From positions 186,001 through 224,601 of the forward strand of contig JBEUKZ010000122.1 of assembly GCA_048128005.1 (NCBI GenBank): a stretch of 38,601 nucleotides of DNA. Reading direction: 5' to 3'. Below the pieces are notes generated by a model. It did no database searches, was not told the DNA's origin, and was given only the letters and a program-made list of their open reading frames with translations. The stretch comes from Veleropilina oligotropha (taxonomy: Eukaryota). The number at the start of each line of letters is the position of its first letter. The first letter of the stretch is position 1. Made by a program: the position numbers and the translations under genes. Shown one piece after another: positions 1-12,758 of the stretch.

Positions 1-455
1 GAACTATTGAGGTCGCTCGTTACAGAAAGAAGGAAATATTGTAGCAACTTACATAACATCCGATCAACTGTCATTCACAAAAACAGCAGCGCTATCCAAC
101 AACTCAACTTTTTGGGAAACACCCGTAGCCGATTCCAAACCGAGGCCAGAATTCCCCACTCTCGTGATTTTCCGTGAAATATCGTAGAACAGTCGGTAAA
201 TCTAATTCTGGATTTTAAATGAGAGCCAGAATACAAATAAAATAGTACCCAGGCCCCATGTTAATTATGATGTAGTAGCATAAAAAAATGTGCTGTTGAT
301 TGCAGCAAAGCGCTTAAAATATAGTTATTTGTATCTGAATAATAGAAAAGAACGGTTATCTGACTCATTCATTTACCTATAGAGCCTACTAGGCCTATTT
401 AGTAAATCGCGCGTAGCAGACGACACATTGGGAATGAAAAGACGGCATTGTAAAA

Positions 456-558
456 ATGGTTGACGTAATTATTCAAACAAAACACCCAGTGATCGTGCAT
501 AGAAAAATTGACGCAGATTTTGTGGACCTGTTGCAGAAACAACATTTTAAAATTCGAC
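456..558 (+). CDS. SPO16: SPO16/C1orf146 (SCRE) homolog, coding exon 1
   Basis: ATG at 456; MVDVIIQTKHPVIVHRKIDADFVDLLQKQHFKIR plus 1 nt, then GTAAGT donor at 559; phase 1 matches exon 2 and gives KIRLSDTV, resembling vertebrate KVRYSDSV. Confidence 0.75.
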
Positions 559-1349
559 GTAAGTACAATGATTGATTCGAGGATTGAACATCGAGGCATT
601 ATACACTCTGTAACAATATCTTATTCCTACATATTAGCATATATGTTAGACCTATATTATGGAATGGAAATAAATAAATTATTAGAGAACTAAAGTAGGC
701 CCATCATAGGACGTCTACAATGTTTCAATACAAAATGAACTTCATTACGATGTATTTGACATTGTTTCTATATACCGTATGGGAATGTTTTCCTTATATA
801 AATTGATCAGTTATATTGTTTCGGCCTAGGCTTATGTTGTTGAGTAAATTAAACATTCTTCCAACTATAGTTCACCGTAATAATCATATGATAGATTAGA
901 AGTTTTCGTAATTCAATAGACACTTTGAAGGCTTATCGAAGACGTCATATTTAGTGTCAATCATATAATATCTCTTATAATTATTTAGACATACTGAATT
1001 CGGCATATGGGGCCGGTTGGTAACTTTATTCTTAGTTATTTTGATAAAAACAAAATTAAAGACTGCTGACAGTGCATGAGCATTTTTAAAAGAACACATC
1101 AAGTATTCTTCACTGTCCAATCGATTATGTCTGCGACTCGTGACGCGTTTACATACAACACAACCTAACTGTTCATGCATATGATCGTCGGATCGTCGGC
1201 GACTAATTCGATCGCCACTTTCAAGTTTGAACAATCCTCCTGATTGTTATGAGGAGGGTGTGTGAAAACAACACCAGTCAAAGGGTAGAAGAGCTCAAAA
1301 CGAGCCAACAGTCATCTACACTTTAACCATATATAATGTTGGTTTTACG

Positions 1350-2170
1350 AAATACATCCGGGTTCCTGATCTGGAAACAGGTTGCCACGAGAAAGGCAGC
1401 CGGTTGCAAAAGCCTAGCTACAGAAGTAGGGTACTTCGTGGGTTCCGCCAATTGCATACGTCAAAAAGAAAGTTGGGGAAACCGATGGAAGGTCAATGGA
1501 GAATGACGGCTCACAAGGGTTCGAAAAGATGGATTGTCGTGTCGGTGACAGCGATTGGGAGATAACTAGTTGAAGCGATAGGGATGAGAAAGATAGATGT
1601 AAATATGCGTTCAGGAAACGATGTAGTGTTGAAAGTTGGCAAGAGCTAGAATGGTGGGGTGCTACAAGATCTTATTATATAAATGGTGCTGTTATTCGTT
1701 AAATATTGGCAAAAATATAATCGGTAATTCACTCATCTTTATTTTCACTCACGTGAGTGAAAATATTTTCCATATTTCACTCTCGTGAGTGAAAATATCA
1801 AAAAACGCGTCATAAAATGACGTCATAAAAACCTTGTCCATGGCGACGTCATCCATGAAATAATGGAAATGGTGTCGGAATCATCTTGGTGTAGAAGTTA
1901 AATGACAAAGTGTTGGAAGTGAAGATAGTCAGTGACAGGTTGATGACAATGGGGCTGAAGAAGGGATAAGACATATTGACAGCTCTCTCTGGGTATAAAC
2001 CTCAAGTGGGCCGCGATGAAGAGGAGAGGAAAAGTTGATTGAGGACCTGGAAGATCTTGTAGGAGGAATAGTGGTAGAGGAGATATAGCGAATCTACTGA
2101 TATGTGAGAGCCAAATATGGGCATGTTGGAAAGAAGACAGCATAGTTTATATCCAATATATGCTGGTTTC
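1350..2170 (+). mobile_element. Degenerate RTE-clade LINE, 5' region and AP endonuclease fragment
   Basis: Frameshifted motifs ICVQET, YKILY, NGVGII, VSDRLM, GYKPQVG; RTE-like leader GGTTGCCACGAGAAAGGCAGCCGG; boundaries approximate. Confidence 0.6.
1676..1862. mobile_element. Small palindromic insertion (Crypton-like or MITE remnant) inside the RTE
   Basis: Interrupts the RTE between YKILY and NGNGVGII; perfect 26-bp palindrome TATTTTCACTCACGTGAGTGAAAATA at 1740-1765 followed by a near copy. Confidence 0.45.
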
Positions 2171-2188
2171 GACTATGGAAAGAGGAAT

Positions 2189-2640
2189 AAACAAGAACGA
2201 CGCGTTCGGAATATGTCTTGACCTTTCTTTATTTCCGTCAAATTTTCATAACAGTTATAATGTTACAATGGCTATATAAGTGCAAGCTTTCATGGCTTAA
2301 TTTACTACCCCGTCGATTGTGACGTCACCAAATGACGATTAATCTAAAGCGACGTCGTAATGACGTCATTGCTCTTTGCTTGCAATATTAGACATACGCT
2401 ATATACAAATATGCATAAAAGTGCCTAATAAATGCATATTTTTGCAAACTTATGTCGCGAAAGTTATATACACGACCTACAAATGATCTTGGGAATGTGT
2501 GTACCAATTTTCAGGTTAATTGGTTCAGTAGTTTTCGAGAAAATCAGCGGATATATATATATATAAGTATATATGTATATACACACGGACCATTTGATAA
2601 TGTCTTGTCCTTTTTTGTCAAAAAGGTCAAGACATAAAAA
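2189..2640. mobile_element. Non-autonomous Helentron/HINE-like element, copy 1
   Basis: Near-identical to 8073-8529; subterminal IR TATGTCTTGACC / GGTCAAGACATA, terminal stem-loop, internal TA-rich microsatellite, A-rich ends. Confidence 0.65.
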
Positions 2641-3300
2641 GGGTAAGAAGGTAAGAACACCACGCACCCCTGATCAATGACATGTCAATGTTAAATAACC
2701 AGCAGTTAGAAACACTAATACCGAGATTTTGGGGTTATTCTAAAAATCAGCTTCTGACTACTGGACTACTCGTATTCAAGCCCTTTAGATGGCGCACGCA
2801 TTTGGCGGCCAATGTGAAAGTTAAGATGACAGCCTCTACAAATCGCAGTATTATTATTGTTGATCTCCCCACGTTCACTGAGCCTGAAAACATGGGTATA
2901 GACGTGATAATTATGCCTCTATGAACATCACAGTTCGAGATATGAGCAAAAACGTGTTTGGTTTGCAACCAATTTGGCGGCCATTTTAAGGTGACTATCC
3001 TCATCTAAAACACTCAATATTACTAAATAGTATTCTAATCTTGGCTATTGAATATGAAAATATGCGTGTCGACACCAGGATCTTGTCCATATGGCTCTTG
3101 AGGATCAAAGACAATACCAGATGAAATTTTACTTGGCAGTCATTTTAAAAATGGCCGCCAAAATAGTTGCCCAAGGGTGAGCCCTCCACACACCCCTGGA
3201 ACATATTACATACATGCCATAGAGGGATAATCAACTGTAAAAATCTTATACCGAGATTTTTGGGTTTGACCCCCGACTTCCAAACTAATCTAACCTACAC
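2641..3300. repeat. Probable non-autonomous DNA element with GGCGGCCATTTT motifs
   Basis: Repeated TTTGGCGGCCA / AAAATGGCCGCC and duplicated ATACCGAGATTTT(T)GGG; family uncertain. Confidence 0.35.
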
Positions 3301-3412
3301 GAAGATTGGTGGAGTAGTGTGGAGGAAGAAAAAGATGACAATCTGAAATGTGCGAACTACAGAGGCATAAAACTGATGGAGCATGGTCTGATGTTGCTGG
3401 AGAGGGTGGCGG
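3301..3412 (+). mobile_element. RTE reverse transcriptase fragment
   Basis: KCANYRGIKLMEHGLMLLERV, the RTE NYRGIKL motif. Confidence 0.65.
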
Positions 3413-3414
3413 GG

Positions 3415-3670
3415 AAGGGAAGGAAAGGAAAGGATCGATGTTTAATGTCCTGTATATTTCCAACCATTATGTTTAAAGAAGGACACGTCCATATTATCGC
3501 GAGAGGGACGCCCGAAGAAACCTGCCCTCTCCGACCAGTTACGGGCACCTGCGATTCATAACTTTGAACAAATAATGTCATGTTCCAACCGAGATTCGAA
3601 CCCACTACTGTTCGTGTCAGTCAGCGGAATCAAGCCTGTGATATTTCGGGGGCTGCAACCGAAACCACAC
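3415..3670 (-). mobile_element. Diverged copy of the tRNA-derived SINE family
   Basis: Shares TTAATGTCCTGTATATTT, GATTCATAACTT and GCGGAATCAAGCC blocks with 14963-15219; B box GGTTCGAATC on the minus strand. Confidence 0.65.
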
Positions 3671-4019
3671 GACTGTCTGAAAAATAGTTAAAGCGTAGTC
3701 GTAATAATCAAATTCATAAGGTAGGCTAAGCTTATTCATTGCAACAGTGATGAGGCAGTTCTTGTATTGAATATGCTGTTGACTAATGCCCTTGTACTGA
3801 ATATGCTCTTGGATTAAGATTTTCGATTGAACATGAAATCAAATCATATTAATAAGGTAGGCTAGGCTTATTCGTTACAACACTGGTGCGGCCGATCATG
3901 TATCGAATATGCTACTTACTGGATTATGAATATGCTATTGTGTTACGATCTTGTATGAAATATTCTCATGTATTATGCTAATCGAGTAAACCACGCATTC
4001 TTAATTTCACGACATTTAG

Positions 4020-4155
4020 TCTCCGACACTGTGCTGCCGGACACCTGCATCTTCCCGCTGTCCGGAGTGGCGTTCATGGTGGTTCATCTTCAAGAAGCGG
4101 GATTGACGGTAGCAGGCTCGATAGAAGTGCAAATACCACAACCACTCCTGGATCG
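4020..4155 (+). CDS. SPO16: SPO16/C1orf146 homolog, exon 2
   Basis: TTTAG acceptor, GTGAGT donor; SDTVLPDTCIFPLSGVAFMVVHLQEAG...PLLDR; IFPLSGVAF matches the IFSLSGVAF motif I recall from C1orf146. Confidence 0.88.
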
Positions 4156-4299
4156 GTGAGTGATTGTCGATGATCACGCAGAATAATTGCGGTTACTGCA
4201 TTTATGAGTTTTACGCAACCTAAAATATTTACAGTTATTCAAACGGATGGTGATTAATAACGGTATTCACTTTTATTATATGTAACTTCAAGATGGCTC

Positions 4300-4585
4300 A
4301 CTACTGATGGAATGCGCCAGGAAGAACCATGCAGAGAATCTCCTTCAAACTGATAAATTCGTTCAAATTCCTGTTGAAATAAAACCGCATTGATCCTTGA
4401 ACAGCTCCAAGGGAGTTATAAGATCTAGGGAGATGCAGGGATGCAGCGAACTAGAACTGCTGGAAGGCATGAGGAGTCAGGGTGTGACCAAGGTTACACG
4501 TTTGACCATGTCCAAGGATGGGGAAAAAATTCCCATCATCTTGGACTTCCGCCTTTCAGTACTTCCTAAATCTGTGAATTGATGC
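4300..4585 (+). mobile_element. I/Nimb-like LINE ORF1 (gag-like) fragment
   Basis: LNSSKGVIRSRE...SQGVTKVTRL...IILDF...LP, typical of the pre-zinc-knuckle region of I-group ORF1. Confidence 0.6.
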
Positions 4586-4602
4586 CCCCCTGGTATGCCT
4601 TT

Positions 4603-5317
4603 GATTCATCTGAAAAAGACTCTCTTGTTAACGTTGTATTTTCCTGTAAACATTTTAAACACCTGAATCATATCACCCCTTATCCTTCTCAAAGATAATG
4701 TTGTGAGGTTGAGTCCTCTTAGTCTGTCCTCATATGGTAATTCCATCAACTCGCCTATCAATATTTCGTGGCTCTTCTTTGAACTTGCTCTAAAATTTAG
4801 ATATCCTTTGCAAGATATGGACACCATGCTTGTACTGCATATTCTAAATGCCGCCTAACCATTTGCTTGTATAGGCGTGTTATGATGGCTTTGGATTTAA
4901 AATTAAAGTGTTTCTTTATCATTCCCAATATTTGATTTCCCTTTTTGGCTGTTTCTGCACATTGATTAGATGGTTTGAATGTCTTGTCTACCCACACACC
5001 CAAATCCTTTTCTTTTGCCACTACTTCTAAAGTTTCCGAACCCATTTCATAATTATAGCTGTTGTTGTTATAACCCACATGCATTACTTTACATTTACTG
5101 GTGTTGAAAAGCATTTGCCAATCCTCAGACCACTTTGCCACATTATGTCACTTTGAAGTTTGTTTGCATCTTCTTCAGTTTCGATAATTCTATACAATTT
5201 GATATCGTCAGCGAAATTATTTACTAGAGATGTAATGATGTCATCAATGTCATTTAAATATATTAGAAACAACAATGGGCCCAAAACAGAACCTTGTGGT
5301 ACTCCACTTAATACCGG
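4603..5317 (-). mobile_element. CR1 LINE ORF2, C-terminal RT part (3'-truncated)
   Basis: [52 protein letters not shown]; continues at 9381 across an insertion. Confidence 0.92.
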
Positions 5318-6689
5318 TGTCGCGAACTCTATCGGTCCTTTGACCGAGGCGTACACGTGTCACTTGTGCGCATGCGCGGAGGTGGTTGGGTCATCTCAGT
5401 TCGTTAGGCGTTACGAACTGAAAAGGTCCCTGAACTGAAAGTGCCCCCCGTCGAAATAACTGATATAAGTCATTAAATAATGCTGTATATGATGCGTAAT
5501 AAAGTAGTAAGTATATATGTGAATTTATGGGTATTGTTCAAAATAAAAAAATATAAATTTTATGAGTTTGTCTAATTTATGTTACGCTGAACGATTTGTA
5601 ATTTACACATTTGAAATAACAATGAAACAACGCCAATATAGTCTATATAGTACACATTTCCCCAATCTTTATTACTAGTATATTTTAAATTTTATAAATG
5701 TAACATTTATATTTACGTAAAACAGCAAAAACGTATCAAATGTTAGACATGTACAAATTTAATCAATGATCATGTAAATTAATTAATGCTATGGACTCTG
5801 ACACTGTGGAGTCCAATCATTGAAGCAGAGGTTGATATATTAATTATTTCTCATTGCTTCGTCTACCTGATCGGGTCGAGTTGTTACACTGCGAAACCAT
5901 TTAAATCTACATTATCTTGGGATAAAATAATGTATATTCAATAAAACAATGTTGTAGTCATTGGAGGAAAACATGAACTCAACTTAAATCTGGGTAAACC
6001 CCAATTGTCCCAGTTGCAAATAATGAAATAATGAATACACCCTGTTAACGTTAAATCATATTCATATCGCTCCGCCACCTATACTCTGCATGGGTTGCTG
6101 CTGTACGACTGGTTCCTTTTAAAACAATAAATGATCAAGTGGGTTTGCACCATGCACTTTCTCACAATTTGTAAATGGAATGCAGTATGGCAGCATGTTT
6201 ACTTGTCTATCCGATTGAACGGACACTGCTCATTTAGGATAGAAAATTCATTTTATAATCCGCAATGTCTCGGATTAGAAATATTGATCTGAAGGAAAAA
6301 ACACCTGTGTAGATGGAGAGATGTGTTGAATACGCGGTAACATAATAGTTAAATAGGTCAAACTTGTTTATAGATCAAGACGACAAAATGGTGTCAATTA
6401 GTTGTTTATTTATTATAAAAGCATAACGATGCATGGTTACCTATTATACTAGACTAGTTCTAACCCAACCACTAAGAAAATCTGTTCCTTCATAAAAACA
6501 GTGATGCTTTGAACAGAAGCTCGAGTTGTGATCATCTCATCCACATAATCTATCTCGCATAAATAAAGTCATGTATATGACTAGTTCTTCATAAAAACAT
6601 GAATGAAATCAAATGGTGTATGTGATATGCAGAATAATGGATCGACATTGGAATACACCCGATACCTTAAATGAAACATTAGGCCATAA

Positions 6690-7855
6690 ACATGCATAAT
6701 AACAACTGATATTTGATTTGTTGGGAAAGCATTTATGAAGGTATAACACAACCACAAGATAAATGACTCACGATGCCAATTTATGATACAGAATCGGTGA
6801 AACATATATCTTGGGGGTGGGTTATGTATGTGGAAATTTATTGTACTTGACATAGTTTTGCACTTTTAGACTATTTCACCGGTTTCGCAGTCAGGAGCCC
6901 AATTTAACGTCTCTATCCGATCAGACAGGGCAATTTTGGTTTATTTCTTTGCTCAAGGGAAATCATCGTTAGTGGGGTTCGAACCACTCAGCCACTGTGG
7001 CCACTAAAAAAATTGGCAATTATAAAAAACATTAAATATTAGATAGCACACATGCATATAAACAACTGATTTTGATTCGCTGGGAAATAACTCATCAAGG
7101 TATAATGCAATCACAAGAATCATGACCTACGATGCCAATTTATGATACAGAATCGGTAAAACATAATTTGGGGACCCGTTTGATTGCCTGAGTGTTTTGT
7201 ATGTTTGAAAATATATTTATTGTAATTGACAGCCTGCTCATAAAAATAATAATTATAGAACACACAAATCATACATTAGATCATGCACATGTATATAAAC
7301 AACTGATATTCGATTTGTTGAACAATAACTTATCAAGGTATAACGCAACCACAAGAAAAATGACTCACGATGCCCATTTATGATACAGAATCGGTGAACA
7401 TATAACTTGGGGGTGCGTTTGAGTGTTGTGCATGTCTGAAAATAAATTTATATGACAGCTTGCATATAAAACATTGACAATTATAAAACACATAAATGAA
7501 GCATTAGAAAATACACACATACATAAACAACTGATATTTGATTTGTTGGGAAATAACTCATCAATAACCACAAGGTGCATGACTCATGATGCCAATTTAT
7601 GATATAGAATCAGTGAAACCTATAACTGGGGGTGTTTGATTGCTTGAGTGTTGTGTATGTCTGAAAATAGATGTATTGTATTTGACAACCTGCACATAAC
7701 AAATTGACAATTATAAAACACATAAATGAAGCATTAATTAATATGCATATATATAAACAACTGATATATGATTTGTTGGGAAATAACTCATCAATGTATA
7801 ACACAACCACAAGATGCATGACTCATGATGCCAATTTATGATACAGAATCAGTGA
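6690..7855. repeat. Tandem ~230-bp repeat (about 5 diverged units) inside the Ginger-like element
   Basis: Recurring AAACAACTGATATTTGATTTGTTGGGAAA...GATGCCAATTTATGATACAGAATC; a SINE-like fragment (~6880-7000) lies between the first two units. Confidence 0.8.
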
Positions 7856-8072
7856 GAGGAGAGAGGAGAGAGAGAAACAATATTTATTTATGAAAGACAT
7901 GATATACATGGCATGATGCAAAGTAATTACTGTGGCAATTCGACAACAGGTCATAGCCTATCGAGGTCATCTTGCCGTTAAAGTTACTTACATATCACAA
8001 ATATATATATATACATTTCATAATAATCACAACAGCACTGCAGCTGTGCTTGGCACAACGCGATACACATGT

Positions 8073-8529
8073 AAACAAGAACGACGCGTTCGAAATATGT
8101 CTTGACATTTCTTTATTTCCCTCAAATTTTCATAACAGTTAATACAACGGCTAAGTGCAAGTACTTCATGGCTTAATTTACTACCCCGCCGATTGTGACG
8201 TCACCAAATGACGATTAATCTAAGGCGATGTCGTAATGACGTCATTGCCATTTGCTTGCAATATTAGACATCCGTTATATACAAATATGGATAAAAGTGC
8301 TCAATAAATGCATATTTTTGCAAAATTGTGTCGCGAAAGTTATATACACGACCTATACAAATACTCTTGGGAATGTGTGTACCAATTTTGGTGAAAATTG
8401 AGCGGGTAGTTTTCAAATAAATCGACGGATATATATATATATATATAAGTATATAAGTATATAAGTATATACACACGGACCATTTGATAATGTCTTGTCC
8501 TTTTTTACAAAAAGGTCAAGACATAAAAA
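8073..8529. mobile_element. Non-autonomous Helentron/HINE-like element, copy 2
   Basis: Near-identical to 2189-2640. Confidence 0.65.
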
Positions 8530-9380
8530 TGTGGCATAATATGTTTACAACATAGGGTAGAAGTTGATGTGCAGACATACTTATAATTTGGTACCTACCG
8601 GTGAGACAATGGTCAAACAAAGACAATTAGTGTAATAAAGAATTTCAAGATTGACGAAATGGAACAATGATTGCATATAATATTTAATTTCATAACATGC
8701 TGAATATTACAGAAAGCGTTTAGTATCATTAATAAATTCTTGCACTGCTTTAAAAATGGAAATATTTTCTTCATAAGTCAACTCAAGTGAGCCAAATAAT
8801 AGTGCAATGGTTGAATGGATACCAAGTTTGTTGATCATAATCATGTATTTCTAATCTTATTTCATTATTTCATGACTTGTCTATTTTTTTACTTTTATTT
8901 TATAAATGTCTTTTATAAATCATTTTATTTTATCTCATTAATTGTCTTGATTTTAATAAAACGTCTTTGTGCTTCAATTAGCGACATCTTGTATACAAGC
9001 TCTCAATTTAATCAACATTGCAAGCCAATATATAATCCAATTATTGTTAATTGACCACTAATTCATTATTGTCATTGCACAAAGATACCCTAGGATATTA
9101 ATTGACTTGTCGTCAGTTGCGCTATTCCATTAAAATGATCTTCATACATAATTAACAGGCACGAAAAATTCAAAAATAACCCAGTGTCATATGTTTTCGA
9201 CCAGCGATAGCTTAAACAACATAAATATATTTATAAACAACGGATTAAATTACTATATTAATGCCACACTATCTCAAAGCAAAGGGACCATCTCAGTCAG
9301 CGGATGTTGATCGCATCAGCCTGACATGCGCACAACTGGCAAGTGTACGCCTGAGTCAGGGCACGGTATAGTTCGCGACA

Positions 9381-12300
9381 CCGGATCCCACTTTGACTTA
9401 ATCCCATTATTACAACCCTCTGTTTTCTATTTTCTAGCCACGTACGTATCCAATTTAGTATTGGGCCTTTTATTCCATGATTACTTAATTTTGCAATTGT
9501 CTTTTATGTGGTACTTTATCGAATGCCTTTTGAAAATCAAGATATATGAAATCAACTGGTTTTGCCCATGTCGATTGCAGTTGTTATATCTTCAAAAAAT
9601 TCCAGTAAGTTGGTTAAGCAAGATCTTTTCTCCATAAACCCATGTTGAGTAAGGTTTAGTAGGCCAAACACATTTATGTGTTTTAAGATAGTATCCTTTA
9701 ATATAGATTCCATTATTTTGCCTACTGTTGATGTCAGATTAACAGGTCGATAATTTTGGGTATTTGCTCTACTTCCCATTTTAAAGACTGGGGTATGTTT
9801 CCTGTTTTCCAGTCATCAGGCAAGCTGCCTTCTTGTAGAGATTTATTGAATATCAAGGTTAATGGCTTTACTAATTCATCCTTACCTGCTTTTAGCAATT
9901 TGGGATATATGCTGTTTTAGTGACATTTAATAAGCTTATCTTTTTTTCAACCATTTCCGTAGTAATTTCAATACTTTCACAAAAATGTTCATGTTCTTGC
10001 AATATATGCTTTACAGGTGGAATATCTACCGTATCCTCTAGCGTATATACAGATGCAAAGTACTTGCTTAGGGATTCTGATATTTGTGCATCATCTGATA
10101 TTACATTACCATTTTCATCTTTCAGGGGGCCTACGACATCTTTTGTTTTGTTTTGACCTAATGTAAGCATAAAATGATTTAGGGTTTTCCTTGATGTTTT
10201 TTGCTACACTTTAATGGAACATTTCTTTTCATTATTTCTTCGATGTTATTTCGAAAAGCCTTCCAGTATTCTTTAACATTTAGGTTTTCTGTTCCCTCCC
10301 AGTTTATATTTCGGAGATCTTCTTTAATTTTGTCAAAGTCTGCTTTTCGAAATTCTGGTATTTCCTGTTTGCTAGTTTTCACAGTTGTTTTTGTGTGTAG
10401 CTGAAATTCAATCAAATCGTGATTGCTACTTCCAAGTTTTCCAATTCTGTTAATGTTTTGCACCATATTTGCCTCACTGGAAAACACTAAATCTAACACA
10501 TTATTGCCTCTAGTCGGGAAATCCACATGTTGGTGCATGAATCCATTTTGCATCTTTGTTAAAAAGTTATTTCATGCTTTGCCACTATGCAAGATTTTCC
10601 AATTTATATCTGGGTAATTAAAGTCTCCCATAACAAATACGTTGACCTGAGAGTTACTCACAGTTTCCAATGTACTGTTTAAGTTAGCGCCATTTTCTTC
10701 AGTGATATTTGGTGAACGGTAAACAATACCTACAATTGTGGAATCTTTTTCATTACTGGCCATAATTTCACACCAAACTGAATTTTGAAAAGATTTTATT
10801 TTAAAATCATCCCAAGAAACAGAATTTAATTCATCTTTGATGTATAGTAATACCCTCCGCCTCTGCCATTTAACGTATCTGTTCTATCCTCTCTATATAA
10901 TTTGTAACCCAATATATTTAATTCAATATCCTTTATGTTACTATTTGTCCACGACTCTGTAACTCTCAACACATCTGGATTGTGTACATCGATTAGTGTT
11001 TCTAGTTCAGTTCCCATTGCTTATTCATCACACTTTGTGCATTTGTAAAGATAACTTTTAGCACTTTTTCGTCATTTTTATCTCCTCTAGATTTTGAATG
11101 GCCTATCTGGTTTCCAATGACTTTTGTGGGTTTTCTTTGCTTCATTGTATTATTTATATCGCTGTTTTCTGACTGTTCTGTTCTCTGCTTTGTTGATCCC
11201 ACTACCCTCTTTAACAGTTTAAATGTTCCTCTATCGCCCTGTTTACTCCCCTGGCCAGCACTTCTGCACCCTCCAGCGAAGGGTCCAGTCGATCTTTGAA
11301 ATACCACTCCCTCCTTCCCTCAAACCTGTTCCACATATCAAAGAATCCAAATCCCTCCGAACAATACTCACGTAACCAGGCATTTACCTCTCTCATCTTC
11401 TCCAGCAATCTCCTCGGCCCTTTCCTTGACAACAGCCCACCAACAATCACCTTTCTCTTACCATCGTCGCTTAACTTCGGAAGTAATTCCTGGTACTTCC
11501 TCTTCATTTCCTCTGGACTGTCCTTCTCGATGTTGTTTGTCCCTATCATAACTACAACAGTGTGACATCTTCTATCTTAGCTCCAGGTAAACACACTCTT
11601 GTTCTTCTTTTCCTGTCAACAGAACAAAAAGTCTTATCAGCATGTCTAACTATAGATGATCCTACCAGAACAATATTTTCTGACTCTATAAACTCATCTA
11701 TAACCACCAACTCATCCCCTATTTCATTCATATCAGCCTCTGTCATTTCATTTGTGTCACACTCATTCGTGCCTTCTATTTCACTCTCGCGTGGATCAGT
11801 CATGTCGTCAGTCGGACATGCATATCTATTACCTGCTAGCGTCGTCGTCGTTGCATCTACTTTTCTATTTCTTTTCCGCACCGGCCGCTTCGGCAGCGCA
11901 GTGGGTAGAGTGTCCACTCTAAATTCACTGGCTTGATTCCGCTAATGCGAACAGTAGTGGGTTCAATACCTGGCTGAGGCATTGAAATTTGTTCAAGTTA
12001 TGAATCACAGTTGTCCGTGACTGGCCGAAGAGGGCGGGTTTACCCGGGCGACCGGGGTTTCCTCCCGCGATAACACGGACATGTCCTGCCTTGAACCTCG
12101 ATGTTGTAAATATACAGGACATTAAGCATCATTCCTCCTCCTCTTTTCCGCACCAATTTCCAAGCATCAGTCATCACGGCTTCTGTATTGATAATGTCGT
12201 CCGTCTGAAATACCACGTCTCAGGTTTCTTTGTTTAATATTTCCTCCAGTAATTTAACGGCTGCGTCAAGAGTATTACATTTATCACAAAAATAAACAAA

Positions 12301-12450
12301 ACCACCCATGCATGCATAGTCAAACACGTTCGCACACTCATTCTAAAAACCTACCCACATATCACACTTCTCACAACAGACCCATTTTCTCACCAAATCT
12401 CCATGCCTGCTTACAATACTTCGACTACCCATTCTAATTTACCGTGAACT
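9381..12450 (-). mobile_element. CR1 LINE 5' part: ORF1 (Cys-rich finger plus SGNH esterase) and ORF2 (AP endonuclease, start of RT), pseudogenised
   Basis: ORF1: CEKC..CDKC, LVGSSIVRH, CLPGAKIEDV, GTNN; ORF2: FTNAQS, VTESW, VYRSP, MGDFNYPDINW, PTRGNNVLDLV, NYRPVNLTS, QHGF..KRSCLTNL. Confidence 0.92.
11883..12141 (+). mobile_element. Full-length tRNA-derived SINE
   Basis: A-box-like GCAGCGCAGTGG, B-box-like GGTTCAATACC, (CCT)n tail, 13-bp TSD TCTTTTCCGCACC (11870-11882 and 12142-12154); inserted in CR1 ORF1. Confidence 0.9.
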
Positions 12451-12758
12451 AAATAAAGAAAGAAACTTCCTATAATATTGTTTCCAATGTTGCAATGTGG
12501 CGGATTTCCGCCGTTTCCTTTGTCATTCCTTAACCAAACGTCCCAAAATTTTACCATTGGAACTGTTAATATGTAATGAAATTATGTTCGGTTTATATAT
12601 AATAAAAACACCTTTTTATACTAATACTTAGCTGTTTTCGTTCTTGATTTGTAGAGCAATTCAGATTTCGTGTCACATCCATAAAGAGTTCACACACATT
12701 GTGGCCGCTTCGACAGTACAATGGTACGGTTGTGATTCCGCTGATGCGAACCGTAGTG

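Larger units (their letters stand above)
5318..9380. mobile_element. Non-autonomous Ginger1-like DNA transposon
   Basis: TGTCGCGAACT...AGTTCGCGACA termini, ~56-bp imperfect TIRs (5318-5374 and 9325-9380), CCGG TSD (5314-5317 and 9381-9384); removal restores CR1 [11 protein letters not shown]. Confidence 0.85.

Noticed and set aside
1350..1460. Self-cleaving ribozyme in the RTE leader; hammerhead cores elsewhere
   Set aside because: Could not build an HDV-like fold by eye and noticed no CTGANGA...GAAA core with supporting stems; an Infernal/RNAmotif search is needed
8580..9250. Possible L1/Tx1 RT remnant on the minus strand
   Set aside because: Only a weak INILGV-like motif; too degraded to support
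11883..11975. tRNA gene
   Set aside because: A/B boxes belong to a SINE head with tail and TSD; no convincing cloverleaf
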